Positions 59,785 through 64,000 of a stretch of DNA of 64,000 nucleotides are shown here, one piece after another. The notes beneath the pieces were generated by a model. That model was not told where the DNA came from, searched no databases, and saw only the letters and a list, made by a program, of their open reading frames with translations. The stretch lies in contig JASLXV010000023.1 of NCBI GenBank assembly GCA_030740155.1, positions 1 to 64,000 of the forward strand, written 5' to 3'. Position numbers and translations under genes: made by a program. Positions within the stretch are counted from its first letter, which is position 1; every line of letters begins with the position of its first letter. The stretch is from Dehalococcoidia bacterium (GTDB lineage: Bacteria > Chloroflexota > Dehalococcoidia > Lucifugimonadales > UBA3495).

Positions 59785-61014
59785 TCACCCCACAAACCGG
59801 GTGAAAACCTGGTTGGCGATGAAGTAGGCCGATTCGGTCAGGCGTAGGCGTCCGTCTTGCCGCTCCAGCAGGCCCAACCCGGCCAGGTCCTCAATCTCCG
59901 GCCGGTACTTCGCTTCCAGGTCGGCCCCGGCCCCGGCGGACGCCTCCGCCAGGTCCATTCCGTCCAGGAGGCGTAGCCCCAGGAACATGGTTTCGGCGCA
60001 CGCCGTGTCCCGGTCGATGTATTCCTGGCCGGCCACCGGCGCGACCGTGCGCAACTCCGCCTCCGTGAGGGAGTCGAAGGGCCCCGGCTGGGTGGCCTGC
60101 CACCGCTTCACCCGCGAGATGTAGGTCCGGGGCGAATTCGCTTCCCAGAACCGGTACCGGCCCAGACGGGAGTGGGCGCCGGGCCCAACGCCGAGATAGG
60201 GCCGATTGAGCCAATAGCCCAGATTGTGCCGTGCAACGTACCCGGTCCGCGCCCAGTTGGATATCTCGTAGTGATGGTATCCGGCCCCGGCCAGCAAAAC
60301 CCGGGCAAGGCCGTACATGTCGGCGGCCAGGTCCGGGTCCGGCTCCGGCAGCTTCCCCTGCTCCATCTGGTGGTGCAGGGGGGTCCCCTCTTCCAGGGTC
60401 AAGCTGTAGAGTGAAAGGTGAGTGGGGCCGAGGGACACGACGGCTTGCAGCGTCTCCCGCCATTGGGCCAGCGATTGGTGGGGCAGGCCGTACATCAGGT
60501 CCAGGCTGATGTCGGTGAACCCGGCATCGCCGGCGGCCCGGTAGGCGTGCACCGCCTCCTCGGAGTTGTGGCGCCGGCCCAATAGGGTCAGCAGGCCATC
60601 GTCCAGGCTCTGGACACCCATGCTGAGCCGGTTGATTCCCTGGGAGAGCAGTCTCCGGCAGGCGGCCCGGTCCAGGTCCCCCGGGTTGGCCTCCAGGGTT
60701 ACCTCGGCATCCTCCTCGACGTTGAAGGCAGCGCGGATCGCGGCCAGCATCCGGCCGATGTATCCGTCGGGCAGATAGGAGGGCGTTCCTCCGCCGAAGA
60801 ACACGGTGTTGACCGCCGGTTGTTGCAGCACCCGGCCCCAGAGGCCGAACTCGGCGGTCACGGCCTCCAGGTACGGCGCAATAAGGTCTTCAATCCCCTG
60901 GTAGGTGTTGAAATCACAGTAAGGACATCTGGTCTGGCAGAACGGGACGTGCACATACAGACCCATTCCGGTATCTGGAACGATTCGTGGGGTCGGTAGT
61001 GGTCTTGTTGCCAT
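59785..61014 (-). CDS. hemW: Radical SAM heme chaperone HemW (HemN-like)
   Basis: YVHVPFCQTRCPYCDFN, GGGTPS, HYEISNW, HNLGYW. Confidence 0.95.
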   Translation of the reverse strand: MATRPLPTPRIVPDTGMGLYVHVPFCQTRCPYCDFNTYQGIEDLIAPYLEAVTAEFGLWGRVLQQPAVNTVFFGGGTPSYLPDGYIGRMLAAIRAAFNVEEDAEVTLEANPGDLDRAACRRLLSQGINRLSMGVQSLDDGLLTLLGRRHNSEEAVHAYRAAGDAGFTDISLDLMYGLPHQSLAQWRETLQAVVSLGPTHLSLYSLTLEEGTPLHHQMEQGKLPEPDPDLAADMYGLARVLLAGAGYHHYEISNWARTGYVARHNLGYWLNRPYLGVGPGAHSRLGRYRFWEANSPRTYISRVKRWQATQPGPFDSLTEAELRTVAPVAGQEYIDRDTACAETMFLGLRLLDGMDLAEASAGAGADLEAKYRPEIEDLAGLGLLERQDGRLRLTESAYFIANQVFTRFVG

Positions 61015-61152
61015 ACAAATCCGCTGGGATCGTCGAGGTCTTGGGGCAATTACCGGAGAGGACGCCGCGATTGCCCGCCGCCGGCTCGGGCCGGGTCCGC
61101 CGGTAGGCCCAAGCCCATCGCTCAGCTGGCCAGGGTGTGGCCTGGCGGGAGG

Positions 61153-61524
61153 CTACTCATCGTCAAGGAGCCTGGAGGAGCCGTCCACCACCTTCGAAGG
61201 GTCTTTGTCCTCGGGTCGATCGGAGCGGGGGGGCCTCCCCAGGTGAAGGTCGACCAGGTGAGGGGGAGAAAGCTTTATCAGCATGAGGACCGCTAGGCCA
61301 AGGACGATCACGTCGTCGGCTTTACCCACGATCGGGACCTTCCAATCGTGAGCTAGGTCGATGGGCGATACGATGTAGACAAGGGCCAGCGGGACCAATG
61401 CCCTTAGCACTATGAACACCCGCTTGTCGAAAGTGAGCCGCCATACCAACCGTACATACCGCATGATGACCGGCATCAATCGTGGGGCCATGAAGAACAA
61501 CAACGGGATTATCCGATGCAGCAT
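61153..61524 (-). CDS. YkvA/DUF1232 family membrane protein
   Basis: YIVSPIDL..D...PIVGKADD motif. Confidence 0.85.
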   Translation of the reverse strand: MLHRIIPLLFFMAPRLMPVIMRYVRLVWRLTFDKRVFIVLRALVPLALVYIVSPIDLAHDWKVPIVGKADDVIVLGLAVLMLIKLSPPHLVDLHLGRPPRSDRPEDKDPSKVVDGSSRLLDDE

Positions 61525-61733
61525 GGTTGCAACTCCGAAAAATCGGCTACCGCATATAATTATAAGGCAGTCCGGGTGCCTTGGGAACCGGGGCCGCTTC
61601 CGCCGCGGGACCATACGCTATACTATTACTGGTGCGGGCGCGAAATGCGTCCCCGCTTTTTTCGGGGTCCCACACAACAGCCGCAAACCTCGGGCCCAAG
61701 ATCGGTGTCCGAGGCGATGATGGAGCGTTGAAC

Positions 61734-63134
61734 ATGGCGCCTGTGACTCAATCCCGGACCATCGGCCAGCTTCGTAAGTCCCGTTACCAGGTGCTCCCGG
61801 TGCGGGAAGAACTGAGGAATAACCTGATTGCCAAGATCAGGGCGGAGGAGATCGTCTTCCCGGGCATCATCGGGTTCGAGAACACGGTGATCCCCCAACT
61901 GGAAAACGCAATCCTCGCCGGGCAGGACGTTATCCTCCTGGGAGAGCGAGGGCAGGCCAAGTCTCGTCTGATCCGGAGCATGGTCAATCTGCTGGACGAG
62001 TACATCCCCAAGATCGCCGGTTGTGAGATCAACGATAACCCCTACAGCCCCATTTGCCGGGCCTGCCGTGATAAAGTGGCCAAGGCAGGCGACGAGACAG
62101 AGATCGAGTGGGTGCCCCGGGAGGACCGCTACTCGGAGAAGCTGGCCACGCCGGATATTTCCATCGCCGACCTTATCGGCGAGGTAGACCCGATAAAGGT
62201 GGCCGAGGGCCATTACCTGTCCGACGAGCTGGTCATCCACTACGGCCTGGTGCCTCGCACCAACCGGGGTATTTTCTGCATCAACGAGCTGCCCGACCTG
62301 GCGGAGCGAATTCAAGTCGGCCTGTTCAACCTGATGGAAGAGCACGACGTGCAGATCAAGGGCTACCGTATCCGCCTGCCTCTGGACGTCTACGTGGTGT
62401 CGACCGCCAACCCCGAAGACTATACCAGCCGGGGCCGCATCGTGACCCCGCTAAAGGACCGGTACGGGTCGCAGATCCACACCCATTACCCCAAGGACAT
62501 CGAGGACGAGATCACCATCATGGAGCAGGAGCGGTCCCGCTTCCCCGAAGAGGACACCATAGTGGTGCCCGACTATATGAAGGAGATACTGGCGGAGATA
62601 ACTTCACTGGCCAGGCAGAGCAGCGAGATCAACCAACGCTCCGGGGTGAGCGTCCGGGTTTCCATATCCAACTACGAGATCCTGCTGAGCAACGCCATGC
62701 GACGGTCCATTGTCCACGGGGATCAGTGGGTCTGCCCCAGGGCCAGCGACTTGCCCTATATCGTTGCTTCTTTTTCCGGGAAGATCGAGCTGGAGACCTT
62801 CGAGGAAGGCCGGGAGAGCAAGGTGACCGACGACCTGACCCGGCGGGCGGCGCTCCGGGTATTTGGCAATTATTTCGACGTGAGCGATCTGGAGCAGGTG
62901 ATAACCTCTTTCGACCTGGGGCACACGGCGGAGACCGGCAGCGAGAGGCCGGCGTCCGAGTACCCGGCATTGCTGACGAGGGTAGAAGGCCTGTCCGACG
63001 CGGTGAAGCGGTTGACCGACGACGAGCGGCCCGAGGTGCTGGCTTCGGCCATCGAGTTCATCCTGGAGGGCCTGCACCTGAACCGGCGGCTGAACTGCGA
63101 GCGGAGCCCGGAGGGGTACCTCTACCGGAGGTAG
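61734..63134 (+). CDS. AAA+ ATPase, magnesium-chelatase subunit I-like
   Basis: LGERGQAKSR Walker A variant, INELPDL, ANPEDYTSRGRIVTPLKDR. Confidence 0.9.
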   Translation: MAPVTQSRTIGQLRKSRYQVLPVREELRNNLIAKIRAEEIVFPGIIGFENTVIPQLENAILAGQDVILLGERGQAKSRLIRSMVNLLDEYIPKIAGCEINDNPYSPICRACRDKVAKAGDETEIEWVPREDRYSEKLATPDISIADLIGEVDPIKVAEGHYLSDELVIHYGLVPRTNRGIFCINELPDLAERIQVGLFNLMEEHDVQIKGYRIRLPLDVYVVSTANPEDYTSRGRIVTPLKDRYGSQIHTHYPKDIEDEITIMEQERSRFPEEDTIVVPDYMKEILAEITSLARQSSEINQRSGVSVRVSISNYEILLSNAMRRSIVHGDQWVCPRASDLPYIVASFSGKIELETFEEGRESKVTDDLTRRAALRVFGNYFDVSDLEQVITSFDLGHTAETGSERPASEYPALLTRVEGLSDAVKRLTDDERPEVLASAIEFILEGLHLNRRLNCERSPEGYLYRR

Positions 63135-63341
63135 GCCTCGCCGGAAAGCAGGCTTGGCCGGCCGTTCGCCGCCCGGTCTCGGCACGACCTAATTCCCTCA
63201 TGTTCTGCGTCGCCAGTTACGGCTACACCCCTCATTGGATCCGAGTATCCGAGCCCTCTATTTCTCCTCTGCAAACCTCTTTTGCGGAACCTGCGAATGG
63301 TAAGTGGGGATTTCTACCACGCCGATTCTGACCGCCCCCCA

Positions 63342-63385
63342 TTGAACTTAAGCCGGCCCGGATTTATGATTAGTACAGATGTTCC
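63342..63385 (+). promoter_or_regulatory. Promoter with adjacent LexA/SOS box
   Basis: TTGAAC-N17-TATGAT followed by AGTAC-AGAT-GTTCC (63372-63385). Confidence 0.7.
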
Positions 63386-63412
63386 CATAAGTTCATGAAT
63401 CAGGGAGGTTTG

Positions 63413-64000
63413 ATGGGCGTCGCCGCAGTCCGGGCAGTCTACTGCAAAACCTTGCTGAACCGCACCGACGTTCCCGGTATGCCCTTTCGCTGGTCGCTGA
63501 ACCCCTACCGGGGTTGCAGCCACGCGTGTAACTATTGCTTTGCCCGCCCCACCCATCAGTTCGGAGGCCCCGACGCTGGCCGGGAGTTCGAGCAGCGGGT
63601 ATTCGCCAAGGTAAACGCGCCGCAGGTGCTGTGCCAAGAGCTTTCCCGCCCCCAGTGGCATCGAGAGCCCATCATCATCGGCACCGCCTCCGACCCCTAC
63701 GAGCCGGCCGAGGCCGAGTACCTGCTGACCCGCCGAATCCTCCAGGTATTGGCGGAGTTCGAGAACCCGGCGGCAATCACGACAAAAGGGGTGCTGGTGC
63801 GGCGTGATGTAGACGTATTGCGGGACCTGGGCCGGGTGGCCCACGTGCGGGTGATCTTCAGCGTTGGGAGCATCGACGAACGGGTGTGGAGGCTGACTGA
63901 ACCGGGGGCCCCGGACCCGTGGGCCCGGCTTGAAGCCATGCAATTTCTGGTGGAGAACGGCATCTCCGCCGGGGTGGTTATGGCCCCCTTGCTTCCCGGC
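63413..64000 (+). CDS. SplB/Rv2578c-like radical SAM DNA-repair protein (partial, runs off window)
   Basis: GGAGG RBS; NPYRGCSHACNYCFAR, GTASDPYEPAE, ITTKG; not in ORF track because it lacks a stop. Confidence 0.92.
   Translation, partial: MGVAAVRAVYCKTLLNRTDVPGMPFRWSLNPYRGCSHACNYCFARPTHQFGGPDAGREFEQRVFAKVNAPQVLCQELSRPQWHREPIIIGTASDPYEPAEAEYLLTRRILQVLAEFENPAAITTKGVLVRRDVDVLRDLGRVAHVRVIFSVGSIDERVWRLTEPGAPDPWARLEAMQFLVENGISAGVVMAPLLPG

Noticed and set aside
1..64000. In-frame UGA selenoprotein genes (prompted by selB), and the many long antisense ORFs in the track
   Set aside because: No recognised CDS appears split at a UGA in a Cys position; the antisense ORFs are GC-rich shadows of identified genes

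Overview
GC-rich bacterial chromosome segment; gene content (F420 reductase, many CoA-transferases, crotonases and MFS paralogues, a Chloroflexota-type LexA box, selB) suggests Dehalococcoidia/SAR202-like Chloroflexota (inference). It holds housekeeping genes (argF-der-plsY-gpsA, ispH, thrC, prs, rsmI, mazG, hemW-selB-nurA), two arrays of duplicated MFS transporters, a catabolic cluster with a leaderless-type reductive dehalogenase homologue (no Tat signal, no rdhB), the end of an IS1380-like element disrupting a 60-aa-repeat protein gene, a frameshifted sppA, and several families of dispersed palindromic repeats. The main finding, missed by the ORF track, lies upstream of cysK-cysE: a near-leaderless 41-aa polycysteine peptide (56105-56230, minus; CCCTCCTCCTCC core, almost all TGT codons) followed by mutually exclusive antiterminator and intrinsic terminator hairpins, i.e. 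a candidate cysteine-sensing, trp-like transcription attenuator. No rRNA, tRNA or CRISPR array was recognised. Family assignments come from motif recognition, not database searches.
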